Shown in pieces: positions 36,842 to 47,037 of a DNA stretch of 64,000 bases (position 1 is the first letter of the stretch; every line of letters starts with the position of its first letter). The notes beneath the pieces were generated by a model that saw nothing but the letters and a program-made list of their open reading frames with translations, made no database searches and was not told the origin of the DNA. The position numbers were made by a program, and so were the translations under genes. Source of the DNA: Bdellovibrionales bacterium (GTDB lineage: Bacteria; Bdellovibrionota; Bdellovibrionia; Bdellovibrionales; Bdellovibrionaceae); NCBI GenBank assembly GCA_031370005.1, contig JANMPT010000117.1:24242-88241 (forward strand), written 5' to 3'.

Positions 36842-37621
36842 TTGTTCTATACAATGTCTGAAGCACAAGTCATCATGTTCGGGCTCATTTTCTTGAGAAT
36901 GATTGCTTTTGTCGTCTCTTCAGTTGTCTTTGGTTCAGGCAATATCAGCACCCCTGTAAAGATTCTCTTAGCGGTGATTTTGTCAATGGTGGTGCTGCCA
37001 AGTATTCACTTAGCACCTGAAGAATCCGCACATTTGGCAGATGATGTGGTTTTGCTTTCGGCCCGTGAAGTATTAATTGGCGTGAGTCTAGGTTTTTTAA
37101 CTCGTTTGTTCTTCTTTACTGTCGGTATGACAGGGGAGTTGGTTTCAGTTTCCATTGGTTTGGGACAGGCGCAGATCTTCAATCCAATGATGGGGACGAA
37201 TAGCAACTCGGTTGAGCAATTTTATAATACAATTGCGACTTTAATTTTTTTTGCATTGAACGGCCATCACCTTTTAATTAGTGGAATAGCTCAAAGTTAC
37301 GAGCTTATTCCTTTAGCGCAGATGAAACTGAACCTTGGCCCTTACGCAGAGATCGCAATGTTTGCCCAGGACATGATGATGATGGCCATTAAAATGTGCG
37401 CGCCGATCATTGGCGCGGTGATGATCACCAATATTGCCATGGGTGTTCTAGGCCGTGCAGTTCCCCAGATAAATGTGCTTGTGACAAGTATGCCCGTCAC
37501 GTTGATGTTAGGTTTTGTCTTAATGTTTTTATGTATCCCACTTCTTGTAATGGAAATGAATGGGATTTTGGATCTTACGCACACAAAGATGATGTTGGTA
37601 ATGAAGGCCTTAGCGTTCTAG
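36842..37621 (+). CDS. fliR: Flagellar export protein FliR
   Basis: FFALNGHH, RAVPQINV. TTG start after AAGGAG. Confidence 0.93.
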   Translation: MFYTMSEAQVIMFGLIFLRMIAFVVSSVVFGSGNISTPVKILLAVILSMVVLPSIHLAPEESAHLADDVVLLSAREVLIGVSLGFLTRLFFFTVGMTGELVSVSIGLGQAQIFNPMMGTNSNSVEQFYNTIATLIFFALNGHHLLISGIAQSYELIPLAQMKLNLGPYAEIAMFAQDMMMMAIKMCAPIIGAVMITNIAMGVLGRAVPQINVLVTSMPVTLMLGFVLMFLCIPLLVMEMNGILDLTHTKMMLVMKALAF

Positions 37622-37635
37622 GAAGGAACAATTAG

Positions 37636-38700
37636 GTGGCAGTGAACCAAGAAGAAAAAACAGAACAGGCGACGGACTCCCGAAGAGAGGATTTTCGCCG
37701 TCGTGGACAGGTGGCGCAAACGAAAGAGTTGGGGTCCTGTCTGCTGTTGCTTGCATCTGCGGGCGGTGTCTTTGCGCTGAGCCGTTTTTTCTTTCAAAAC
37801 CTGAGCGATGTTTTCAATTATTCTTTTGGTCCTCAACTAGTGACCACTATCCGTTCGGGTAATATTTTGGAGGCATTGAGTTTTAGTGGTCAAAAAATGT
37901 TTATTTTAATTGCGCCCGTTATGGCGGTGGCTGTTGTTATTAGCTTGGCGTCATCAGTACTTCAGGTGGGCTTCTTACAAGTTGAAGATGCAATGAGCCC
38001 GGACATTAATAAACTTAATCCTCTTGAAGGGTTTAAGCGCGTCTTTAGTTTGCGTGCTTTGGTTGAGGGTCTAAAATCGTTCTTAAAATTACTCTTTATT
38101 AGCATTGTTTTGTATTTTCTTTTAAAATCAGAAATTTCAAAAATTCCTTATTTGGTGAGTTATTCGCTGATAGGAATTTTTCAATATATTGGTGGCATTG
38201 TTGTTCGCTTGTTCGGCGGCATTGGGGTAATGATGCTGATCCTTTCTGGCGCAGACTATTTTTTTCAGCGTTGGAATCTTGAAAAAGAAATGATGATGAC
38301 AAAACAAGAAGTCAAAGAAGAATCGAAATCCCGCGAGGGAGATCCGATGATTAAATCTCGTATTCGTCGATTGCAAAGGGAGCGCGCAAGCAAGAGAATG
38401 ATGGCAGCTATTCCTAAAGCGGATGTTGTTATCACCAATCCGACCCATATTGCTGTGGTTTTGAAATACGATGCAAACCTTCCGGCACCACAAATCGTTG
38501 CGAAGGGCGCAGATTTGATAGCTGAAAAGATTAAAGAGATCGCGCGCCAGCACAATATACCTGTGATCGAGAATAAGCCTTTGGCCAGAACTATTTATAA
38601 AACATTAAAAATTGGTCAAGTGGTTCCGCGAGAGCTTTTTGTCGCAGTAGCAGAAGTTCTTTCCTATGTTTATAAGTTACGTAAGAAGGTGAGAAGATAA
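37636..38700 (+). CDS. flhB: Flagellar export protein FlhB
   Basis: EKTEQAT, EGDP, autocleavage motif NPTH. Confidence 0.97.
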   Translation: MAVNQEEKTEQATDSRREDFRRRGQVAQTKELGSCLLLLASAGGVFALSRFFFQNLSDVFNYSFGPQLVTTIRSGNILEALSFSGQKMFILIAPVMAVAVVISLASSVLQVGFLQVEDAMSPDINKLNPLEGFKRVFSLRALVEGLKSFLKLLFISIVLYFLLKSEISKIPYLVSYSLIGIFQYIGGIVVRLFGGIGVMMLILSGADYFFQRWNLEKEMMMTKQEVKEESKSREGDPMIKSRIRRLQRERASKRMMAAIPKADVVITNPTHIAVVLKYDANLPAPQIVAKGADLIAEKIKEIARQHNIPVIENKPLARTIYKTLKIGQVVPRELFVAVAEVLSYVYKLRKKVRR

Positions 38701-40799
38701 TGGAACAGCTGTTTCAGTTTATCAAGAAGTTTGAAAAATTCACGAAGAACACTGATCTGTTCATTGCTTTTGGTCTATTAGGCATATTGGGAGTTATGAT
38801 CATCCCACTTCCACCAGTGATACTTGACGTTGCGTTGAGTTTCTCTTTGTCTTTAAGTCTTTTGATTTTGGTCGTTTCGATTTATGTCAAACGCGCACTT
38901 GATTTTACATCTTTTCCGTCACTGCTTTTAATGACGACCCTGTTTCGTCTATCAATGAACGTGGCGACGACGCGTTTGATTTTGACCCATGGACATGAGG
39001 GCACTCATGCCGCTGGCGACGTGATTGAAGCCTTCGGTAATTTCGTTGTCGGTAATAACTATGTAATCGGTATTATCGTTTTTATGATCCTGATCGTTAT
39101 TAACTTTATTGTTATCACTAAGGGTTCTGGCCGCGTAGCAGAGGTTGCTGCACGTTTCACCTTGGATGCTATGCCTGGTAAGCAAATGGCCATTGATGCG
39201 GACTTGAACGCAGGTCTTATTAGTGAGGCGGATGCTCGCAAGCGTCGTAAGGAGATCGAACAAGAAGCTGACTTTTATGGAGCGATGGATGGTGCCAGTA
39301 AATTCGTCCGTGGAGACGCGATTGCCGGAATCATTATTACTGTAATTAATATTGTTGGCGGCCTTATGATCGGTGTAATTCAAAAGGGCCTTGATGTCAG
39401 CGTAGCCGCTAAGTACTACACAATGTTGACGATCGGTGATGGTCTTTTAGCACAGATCCCTGCTTTGATAATTTCTACTGCAGCAGGTATTATTGTGACT
39501 CGGAGTTCAAGCACAGATCAGGATATGGGAACGGAGGTTTCCAATCAACTTCTTGCAAATCCACGCTCTGTAGCGATTGCCGCGTCTGTAATTGGTGTAC
39601 TTGCATTAGTTCCGGGTCTTCCAACGGTTCCTTTTTTGACAATGGCAGGGATTTTGGGAGGACTATCTTGGGTGGTTCGTCGTTATCAAGTTGAAAAAGA
39701 AGATAATGAAAAGAAAAAAAGCGAAACTGCAGCGGCGGCACCAAAAAAAGAAAACATCGAAACGATGTTACCTTTGGATTTGGTCGAACTCGAAGTGGGT
39801 TATGGGCTTATTAATATAGTTGAATCCGATAAAAGCGGTGATTTGCTTGAACGTATTGTAAGCATCCGTAAGCAGTTTGCTTTGGATCTAGGTATTGTGG
39901 TTCCGAGTATCCATATTCGTGACAACTTACAATTAGCGCCGGGAGAGTACCGCGTCCTAATTAAAGGAAATCGCGTCGGCGGCGGTTCGCTTCGTTCTGA
40001 GTTCTTGCTCGCGATGGATCCAGGAAATGTAATAGAGCGTATTGAAGGCATAGCGACAAAGGAACCAGCCTTTGGACTCGATGCCCTTTGGGTTTCGCCG
40101 AATCGTAAAGAGGAAGCTGAAATGGCCGGCTATACGGTAGTGGATTTGCCAACAGTAATGGCGACTCATTTGACGGAGATAATTCGTACGCACGCCCATG
40201 AGCTTCTTGGCCGCCAAGAGGCCTCGATACTGGTAGAGAACTTTAAGAAAACTCATCCAAAAGTTGTGGAAGAGCTTATCCCAGATCAGTTGTCCTTGGG
40301 ATCTGTGGTTCGTGTTCTTCAAGGTCTTTTGAAAGAACAAATTTCTATCCGTGATTTATTAACAATTTTTGAGACTCTTGCTGACGAGGCTCCTCGAAAT
40401 AAAGATATAGAAGTGTTGACTGAGAACGTGCGTAAGGCTCTGGCTCGAGCAATTACGGCGAAATACACCACAGATATTGGAAACATTCCAGTGATGACCT
40501 TGCATCCAGTACTAGAAGAGTTGGTTGCAAATTCGCTCCTGCAGACAGAACAGGGAGTCCAGTTGGTGATGGATCCAAATATGGCCCATCGTTTGATTGG
40601 TGAAATTGCTCGCACAGTGGAAACTCATCCTGAGATTGCCGGGCAGCCAATTTTATTAACAAGTCCGACCTCGCGCCGACATTTGTTTAAACTGACCCAT
40701 AGATTCATTCCTCAATTGGTTATTTTGTCTCATAACGAATTAACATCCGACGCTAACGTGAAGTCCGTTGCTTTGGTGGAGTTAAACCATGCAAGTTAA
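38700..40799 (+). CDS. flhA: Flagellar export protein FlhA
   Basis: RVAEVAARFTLDAMPGKQMAIDADL, FYGAMDGASKFVRGD. Confidence 0.98.
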   Translation: MEQLFQFIKKFEKFTKNTDLFIAFGLLGILGVMIIPLPPVILDVALSFSLSLSLLILVVSIYVKRALDFTSFPSLLLMTTLFRLSMNVATTRLILTHGHEGTHAAGDVIEAFGNFVVGNNYVIGIIVFMILIVINFIVITKGSGRVAEVAARFTLDAMPGKQMAIDADLNAGLISEADARKRRKEIEQEADFYGAMDGASKFVRGDAIAGIIITVINIVGGLMIGVIQKGLDVSVAAKYYTMLTIGDGLLAQIPALIISTAAGIIVTRSSSTDQDMGTEVSNQLLANPRSVAIAASVIGVLALVPGLPTVPFLTMAGILGGLSWVVRRYQVEKEDNEKKKSETAAAAPKKENIETMLPLDLVELEVGYGLINIVESDKSGDLLERIVSIRKQFALDLGIVVPSIHIRDNLQLAPGEYRVLIKGNRVGGGSLRSEFLLAMDPGNVIERIEGIATKEPAFGLDALWVSPNRKEEAEMAGYTVVDLPTVMATHLTEIIRTHAHELLGRQEASILVENFKKTHPKVVEELIPDQLSLGSVVRVLQGLLKEQISIRDLLTIFETLADEAPRNKDIEVLTENVRKALARAITAKYTTDIGNIPVMTLHPVLEELVANSLLQTEQGVQLVMDPNMAHRLIGEIARTVETHPEIAGQPILLTSPTSRRHLFKLTHRFIPQLVILSHNELTSDANVKSVALVELNHAS

Positions 40800-42147
40800 G
40801 AAATTTGAAGCGCGTACAATGAAAGAAGCACTCGAGATGGTGAAGGCCGAGCTTGGTCCTGAGGCAATTATCCTTTCGGCACGAGATAATAACAAAAGTT
40901 ACGGCTTAGTTGGCGACGGCAGTGTGGAAATAACGGCTGCTGTATCAGATGAAACATTGCAAAGAAAGAAATTCACAGAAGCTCGCATGCGCGACCAAGA
41001 TCGTACGAAATTTAATCAGAGCTCTGCGCGTTCACAGAAAGATTTGATTGAAAAAGTTGTGAGTAAGCATTTGGAGAAAAGCAAAGCCCCTCGAGCCATT
41101 ACGTCTCAACGTTATATTGAGATTGACGAAGAAAATTTAAATATTGGTGTTCACGCAGCGGCGAAACAAGCCCTAGCTTCGATGAGAAATCAAAGCCAGA
41201 AGAGCAAAGCTACTGAGTCTGTGGAAATGCAGACACTAAAAGCTGAAATTGTAAATTTAAAGCAGGTGTTAGCTCAGTTTAAAAGTGTTCCACAGAATTT
41301 TGTTCAGGGGCACCCGGGGGCAGACTTTGGAATTCCCTATGACTTGAGCTTTATATTCGAGAAACTTATTCAGGCGGGAGTAGCACAGGAATTTGCGGCC
41401 GATATATGCGGGCGCGCACAAAAAGAACTTCCACCTTTAAAACAAAAAAACCACTCTTTAGTTGAAGGCTGGGTTGCAAGGCAAATTCTTGAAACAACTA
41501 AAACCGTCAATCTGGATGAGGCAAGTAAGGCAAAAGTGCATATTTTTGTTGGAGCGGCAGGCTCTGGAAAGACGACATCCCTTGTAAAAATGGCAAGTCA
41601 TCTTGTGATTCGCGAAAACAAAAAAGTAGCAATTCTCTCGGCAGATACTTTTAAGGTCGGTGCTTCTGACCAAATGAAAATCTACGCTCAGATTTTGAAC
41701 GTGCCATTTAGCGTGATTCGCAATGCCAGTGATTGGTATAATATCATGAATTATATAAATAGCGTCGACTATATACTAGTGGACTATCCTGGATTGAGTC
41801 TTCGCAATGCGGAAGAGGGTATGAATCTTAAACGCTTGATGCCCCCAGCGACCTTGAAAAGTCGCGTCCACTTGGTGCTTTCAACTTTAGCAAAAGATCA
41901 AGATGTGACCGAGTTGGGTCGCCGTTACGGAGTGTTGGATTACCAAGATGTAATTTTCACGGGGCTTGACGAATCCGTTCAGCACGGGACAATTTATAAC
42001 TTTACAAGGCGTTTTGATATTCCACTTCACTCTTTCGGCATTGGTCCTCGAGTCCCTGAGGACTTTGAGTTCGCAACAAAAGAGCGAGTTCTTGATTTAT
42101 TATTTAAAATTACTCAGGCAAAAAAACAGGAACAACAAACAATATGA
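40789..42147 (+). CDS. flhF: Flagellar SRP-like GTPase FlhF
   Basis: MQVKKFEA...ELGPEAIILS, GAAGSGKTT. Follows flhA. Confidence 0.93.
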   Translation: MQVKKFEARTMKEALEMVKAELGPEAIILSARDNNKSYGLVGDGSVEITAAVSDETLQRKKFTEARMRDQDRTKFNQSSARSQKDLIEKVVSKHLEKSKAPRAITSQRYIEIDEENLNIGVHAAAKQALASMRNQSQKSKATESVEMQTLKAEIVNLKQVLAQFKSVPQNFVQGHPGADFGIPYDLSFIFEKLIQAGVAQEFAADICGRAQKELPPLKQKNHSLVEGWVARQILETTKTVNLDEASKAKVHIFVGAAGSGKTTSLVKMASHLVIRENKKVAILSADTFKVGASDQMKIYAQILNVPFSVIRNASDWYNIMNYINSVDYILVDYPGLSLRNAEEGMNLKRLMPPATLKSRVHLVLSTLAKDQDVTELGRRYGVLDYQDVIFTGLDESVQHGTIYNFTRRFDIPLHSFGIGPRVPEDFEFATKERVLDLLFKITQAKKQEQQTI

Positions 42148-42974
42148 AATACAATGGACTGTTTCAAAACATGGGAACTCGCACGATCAGCATTACCTCT
42201 GGAAAAGGCGGCGTTGGAAAGACTATGCTGACCGCCAATTTGGCTTTGCGTCTATCTCAGCTGGGAAATAAGGTTTTAATTTTCGATGGCGATTTGGGAA
42301 TGGCGAACGTGGATATTCTCTATGGCGTAAAGGCGGAGGCAAATATCTATGATGTCCTTACGGGAAGCAAAAGCATCCGCGAAGTGTGCATAGAAGTAGC
42401 TAAGGATGTTTTTTTAATTCCTGGCGGCAGCGGAGTACTTGAGTTCAACAATCTCAATGGCTTTCAGCGAAGAGCAATGATCGAAGCAGTAGCAACGTTA
42501 CCTCAAGATTTTGATTACATGTTAATTGATACTGCTCCTGGAATTACTGATAATGTTTTATATCTTAATGCCGCGGCACAGACAATCAGCGTGATTATTA
42601 CTCCGGATCCCGCAAGTCTCGCAGACTCCTACGCATTGATCAAAGTGCTTCACCAAAAATACAAAGAGAATAAATTTTCTATAATTTGCAATAATGTTCG
42701 TGATGACATTGAAGGCGCGGGGCTTTATCAGCGCTTTAATGATGTCGTGAATAAGTTTCTGTACATTGGTCTTGATTATTTAGGGTCTGTTCCCATGGAT
42801 CCAACTCTCCGTAAAGCCACTCAAATGAATCGTCTGATTATGAGACATGATCCAACGGCAGAATCCGCCAAGGCGATTAAAAATATTTGCACGCAAATTG
42901 TGAATTCTAATCAGAAATACGTCACCAAAGGCGGGCTTCAAATGTTTTGGGAGCAAGTCGTCGGTTTAGCTTAA
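42144..42974 (+). CDS. flhG: MinD-like ATPase FlhG/FleN
   Basis: SGKGGVGKT, DGDLGMANVD. Lies between flhF and fliA. Confidence 0.93.
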   Translation: MKYNGLFQNMGTRTISITSGKGGVGKTMLTANLALRLSQLGNKVLIFDGDLGMANVDILYGVKAEANIYDVLTGSKSIREVCIEVAKDVFLIPGGSGVLEFNNLNGFQRRAMIEAVATLPQDFDYMLIDTAPGITDNVLYLNAAAQTISVIITPDPASLADSYALIKVLHQKYKENKFSIICNNVRDDIEGAGLYQRFNDVVNKFLYIGLDYLGSVPMDPTLRKATQMNRLIMRHDPTAESAKAIKNICTQIVNSNQKYVTKGGLQMFWEQVVGLA

Positions 42975-43046
42975 CAACATAGAATTGAATTGGACTTTTG
43001 ATATCTGACATCGGTTTGCTAAGATAGAATATAACAGAGGGAACGT

Positions 43047-43832
43047 ATGGCGAAAAATGTGACTTTATTGAAGAAATACAAAGAAGAGCCAAAAAAGCTA
43101 ACCCAGAACCAAAAAGATGATTTAATCAAAGAATACGCCCCTCTAATTAAATTTGTTGCGCAAAAAATTTCAGTGCGCCTGCCATCCAATATCGAACTTG
43201 ATGACTTAATCTCAGCAGGCGTTATTGGTTTGATGGATGCTATTGATAAATATGATTCGACCCGTGACAATAAATTTAAAACCTATGCAGAGTTTCGCAT
43301 TCGTGGAGCGATCCTCGATGAGCTCCGTGCTCAGGATTGGGTTCCTCGCTCGATTCGTGATAAGGCAAAATTACTTGATAGGACCATGGCAAGCCTGGAA
43401 AGTGATTTAGGGCGCGCACCAACTGATGAAGAAATCTCTAGCGCTTTGAACATCAAGGTCAGTGAGTTCCATGATCTTGTGAACCAAGTCCGTCCGGTGA
43501 GCTTGCTCTCGATTGATAATAGTCAGTCATTCAGTAATGATGATCATAAATCGATCTTGAATCTGCTTGAAAGTTCTAAACTCAATAATCCGTTCAATCA
43601 GTTGAATGTCAAATCCATTAAAGAGGTGGTGGCTCAGGCGATTGAAGAGTTGCCAGAGCGTCAGCGCATGGTTCTTTCCTTATATTATTATGAGGACTTG
43701 AATTTAAAGGAGATAGGACAGGTCTTACGTGTGACCGAGAGCCGCGTGTCTCAGCTTCATGCCCAAGCTGTTGCCAGGCTTCGGGTGAAGTTGCAGTTAA
43801 GTATTAGCGCGGGCGAGTTGGAAGTCGCTTAG
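43047..43832 (+). CDS. fliA: RNA polymerase sigma-28 factor
   Basis: RIRGAILDELRAQDWVPRS, VTESRVSQLH. Confidence 0.97.
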   Translation: MAKNVTLLKKYKEEPKKLTQNQKDDLIKEYAPLIKFVAQKISVRLPSNIELDDLISAGVIGLMDAIDKYDSTRDNKFKTYAEFRIRGAILDELRAQDWVPRSIRDKAKLLDRTMASLESDLGRAPTDEEISSALNIKVSEFHDLVNQVRPVSLLSIDNSQSFSNDDHKSILNLLESSKLNNPFNQLNVKSIKEVVAQAIEELPERQRMVLSLYYYEDLNLKEIGQVLRVTESRVSQLHAQAVARLRVKLQLSISAGELEVA

Positions 43833-44887
43833 AATTTCTTTAGCTCTGATAAATTTTGTGAGAGCTCGCGTTCGATTGCGGCCTTACTTGCAGTTGTAGC
43901 TTTAAGATTGCGTGCCAGACTCATATTCTTATACATATGTACTAATAATATATCCATACGTGGTGTAATGCCGACTTGTTTTAAAAGACTTTTTGTCTTC
44001 AAAGCCGCAGTTAAAAATTTATTTAACTCTTCCACTTGAGCAAAGTTGAACTTTGAAAGATCCAAAGTCCATTTCATAGCAATGTATTTTGCTCCTGCAA
44101 GTTTGTCGTGGGCAATATTCGTGCTGCGCCCAAGAAATAGGGCTGAAAGATAGTTATAGCGAGCTTCCAAAAGGTAAACAGCCGTGGACTCATTGGCGAG
44201 AATCTCGGCGACATAGCCTGGATACTCATTCAAACGTTTTTCACCGGATTCAATTTTTGATTTTGCTAAGAGAGACTCTTCGATCATTAAATTCATTGAA
44301 AGAGGAGCCATTCCCTTTTTCTCTCTCAAATAGACCTCTTGCTTTGGATTTAAGCATTGAGTTGTTACCGAAAGGGCATTCAGGGAGTTGATCAGATTAC
44401 TTTTTTCCGTTGCGAAGATTTGCCCCTTGAATGGCTTTGGGTCCATTTCTCCATTAGGAATAAACTGCTGAACGTCTTTGAAGAATTCGCGAGCAGCCAA
44501 AGTTGCAAGTTCTTCACGTTTTCCCAAGCCTTTATCTTGGCCTTGATCTGACCAAAATTGGAATTCAAAAGACATAAAGTATTTTCCAGCTTCAGAAAGT
44601 TTACGAGCTGGGTCGGTAGCCTTTAGTAGGTTATCAAGAGCACTGCGACGCGCGGCTAAGGAGTCGCCTTGGCGAAGGGCATCGTAGAGCTCGTTCGTCG
44701 CGGATTGAAGATCAGTGGTGCGGTTATTCATTTGTGATGTCGTGTCATTCATCTCTTTTGTCGTGCGGTTCATTTCGACTGTTGAGTCGTGCATTTCATC
44801 AATGTTCTTTTTAACATCGCAGGCATTCAAAAGCGTAGTTGAACATAATAAAAAAAGGAAAAAGATATTCTTATTTTGCTTCATCAT
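43829..44887 (-). CDS. Hypothetical lipoprotein
   Basis: Lipobox LLNAC, N-terminal heptad-like M/T repeat (EMHDSTVEMNRTTKEMNDTT). Confidence 0.75.
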   Translation of the reverse strand: MMKQNKNIFFLFLLCSTTLLNACDVKKNIDEMHDSTVEMNRTTKEMNDTTSQMNNRTTDLQSATNELYDALRQGDSLAARRSALDNLLKATDPARKLSEAGKYFMSFEFQFWSDQGQDKGLGKREELATLAAREFFKDVQQFIPNGEMDPKPFKGQIFATEKSNLINSLNALSVTTQCLNPKQEVYLREKKGMAPLSMNLMIEESLLAKSKIESGEKRLNEYPGYVAEILANESTAVYLLEARYNYLSALFLGRSTNIAHDKLAGAKYIAMKWTLDLSKFNFAQVEELNKFLTAALKTKSLLKQVGITPRMDILLVHMYKNMSLARNLKATTASKAAIERELSQNLSELKKF

Positions 44888-44893
44888 AAGTCA

Positions 44894-45724
44894 TTACCTT
44901 GTAGTTTCATAAATTAAATCAGCCATAAGTGGCGCGTGGTCTGAAGAGTGAATATAAGAAAAATCAAATATAAATCGCGGCTTCAGGCCTCTTAAAAAAA
45001 TATGATCTAAATCAAGAAGACCCGCGATGGGTGTTGTCACTTGTACTAACCCAAGTGGTGCAAAGGTTTTATGAAGGTATATTAATCTGTTTGGATCCCA
45101 GGTGTTGAAATCACCGGCGACGATCAGTGGCCCGTGGTGCGAGCGAATGGCATCAAACAGCTGGTGAATTTGAATTTTATAACTCTCTAAGCTCACAAAA
45201 TTGATGCCGTGGATGTTGGCGACTAAAAGAGTCTCCGTTGAGTTACTGATAGCAAATTCAGAGAGCAGAATTGTTTTTGGCGTTTTAGTAATAGGTTCAG
45301 TGATGTTAGAAACAATCACTTTTTCTTGTAAAGGTTTTACACTGGCACCTGTTGCAACGCCGGTGTAAGAAGAATCTGATTGTTGAAATGACTTGGTCAT
45401 GCTCCAGCCCAACTTGGGATTGGCAGTAGTTAATGAACGAAGAAACACATTATTGCTTACTGATTCTTGAAAAAGGGAAATATCAGCACCAAAAGCTAAA
45501 TCGGCGAAATCGGCAGAAAGTCTTGGATCTACTGCTTTATGAATATTCCAAACAAAGATTCGCAGACCATCAGGCCGTAGGGGTATTTTCGGCACTATCT
45601 TACCAAAAGTAATTGTCGAATACTTATACAAATTCCCAAAAAGAGCATCGGCTCCAAGTGCCTGAGGGGCTCCGAGGTATCCTAAAGTCGTTATAATCAG
45701 AAAAAATCTCGCAATTTGAGACAT
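44894..45724 (-). CDS. Endonuclease/exonuclease/phosphatase family protein (YafD-like)
   Basis: WNIHK, FQE, NIHGINF, AGDFNTW, LDHIF, SSDHAP. Confidence 0.88.
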   Translation of the reverse strand: MSQIARFFLIITTLGYLGAPQALGADALFGNLYKYSTITFGKIVPKIPLRPDGLRIFVWNIHKAVDPRLSADFADLAFGADISLFQESVSNNVFLRSLTTANPKLGWSMTKSFQQSDSSYTGVATGASVKPLQEKVIVSNITEPITKTPKTILLSEFAISNSTETLLVANIHGINFVSLESYKIQIHQLFDAIRSHHGPLIVAGDFNTWDPNRLIYLHKTFAPLGLVQVTTPIAGLLDLDHIFLRGLKPRFIFDFSYIHSSDHAPLMADLIYETTR

Positions 45725-45844
45725 ATACTTTTAAAAATGCAAATGTCGATCCCATTTTGGATAAATAACTTTTAGCCGATATTATGGAAGGTCATCAGCT
45801 TTTAGTTTTCAGGGCTACCAAGTTCGTTTAGGAGCTAAAACAGT

Positions 45845-45861
45845 GTGGCCGCGATTTTGCT
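45845..45861 (+). promoter_or_regulatory. Sigma-54 promoter
   Basis: GTGGCCGCGATTTTGCT (GG-N10-GC), 26 nt before the ATG at 45888. Confidence 0.7.
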
Positions 45862-45887
45862 GAAGTGTCTACTGCGGGGGATAATAT

Positions 45888-46646
45888 ATGTTTAGTAAAT
45901 GGCTACACAAGGCGTCCATTGTATTTCTGATGACCCTAACGGTTATTGGTTTTCAAAATTGCGGAAAGACTCAATTTACCGTAGATGAAAACGCTTTGAA
46001 TTTAAAATCTGGAGACTCTGGAGACCCTGGTCTTGTTCCGACTCAGGATACAGGTGGTACGGCAGTGGGGGGCGGCCAAACGCCCGTGGCCCATGATCCT
46101 TTAGCGCTAGCGCCACCAGCGGCCATAGGGTTAACTGTACATACTCCGGAGGGAGCAGAAGCAGATGCTTACTCCGGGGCTTGTCAGATTTTCAAAAATA
46201 TTGCAATGCCATTGGTAATTCCTGATTCTGCCCAAGACATCAATATCAACGGCAGCGCGGGGAATTTAGATATTAGTCTTGCGAGATTTGTAAATATTCA
46301 AAAAATCGCAGGACACATCCTTATTAAAGCTGCAGAACGAATCACACAGATCAATGGCGCAGCCGGCGGCGTTCAGGCTAATGCCAACCAGATAGAATCG
46401 ATTTCTAATCTGGCGGGCGCAGTTTGCATTCGAGCTATAAAAGTCGGTAGAATTTCAAATACTGCGGGTGGCACAAAGGTTATCGCGTCAGAGATCGATG
46501 AGATTTCAAATACTGCCGGCCTTATCCACGTTTATGGTGGTGTGGTGAAGTTGGTTAGTAATAATGCAGGCGGGATTTGTTTGCATGATGGCGCGAAGGT
46601 TTTAAACTATAGCAATGTTGCTGGTTTCGTAGGGGACTGTAAGTAA
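45888..46646 (+). CDS. Lipoprotein with ~17-aa beta-solenoid repeats
   Basis: GFQNCG lipoprotein-like motif. About 8 repeats of the type xxIxxISNxAGxxxIxA. Confidence 0.75.
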   Translation: MFSKWLHKASIVFLMTLTVIGFQNCGKTQFTVDENALNLKSGDSGDPGLVPTQDTGGTAVGGGQTPVAHDPLALAPPAAIGLTVHTPEGAEADAYSGACQIFKNIAMPLVIPDSAQDININGSAGNLDISLARFVNIQKIAGHILIKAAERITQINGAAGGVQANANQIESISNLAGAVCIRAIKVGRISNTAGGTKVIASEIDEISNTAGLIHVYGGVVKLVSNNAGGICLHDGAKVLNYSNVAGFVGDCK

Positions 46647-46993
46647 AGTATTTTTCTTTAGAAGAATTATCTCAATTTGAAACTCAAGGGCATGGAGACA
46701 TGCTCTTTTGTTTTGGAGACTCTTTTCGTAGACAATTTTAAAAGAGTCTTCAATTCGAGAACATATTTGTAAGCATTTTTTTGTAAAAAGTTTGTTCAAA
46801 ATCATCAAATAATTTATTTGTAATAGGCAATAGGCATGCTTTCTGATTAATTCGCTTCTTTTTTCCCACGGAGAAAGTTCGATTTTTGTGGCCAAAATAT
46901 TTACAAGGCCGTCGCGTTGGCGTTTTTAAAAACTTACCATAATGAGAAAGCCAATAAGTCCGAGGATTTAGTTTTCTAAAAAGTATCCAGCCC

Positions 46994-47010
46994 TTGGCCC
47001 AGGTCTTGCG
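46994..47010 (+). promoter_or_regulatory. Sigma-54 promoter
   Basis: TTGGCCCAGGTCTTGCG (GG-N10-GC), upstream of the GGAGGA RBS and the ATG at 47038. Confidence 0.7.
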
Positions 47011-47037
47011 TATTCCCCTGTTGTGGAGGAAAACTGC

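Noticed and set aside
33088..43270. Numerous antisense ORFs over the flagellar operon and other core genes
   Set aside because: They are shadow ORFs of well-supported genes, with no motifs or RBS.
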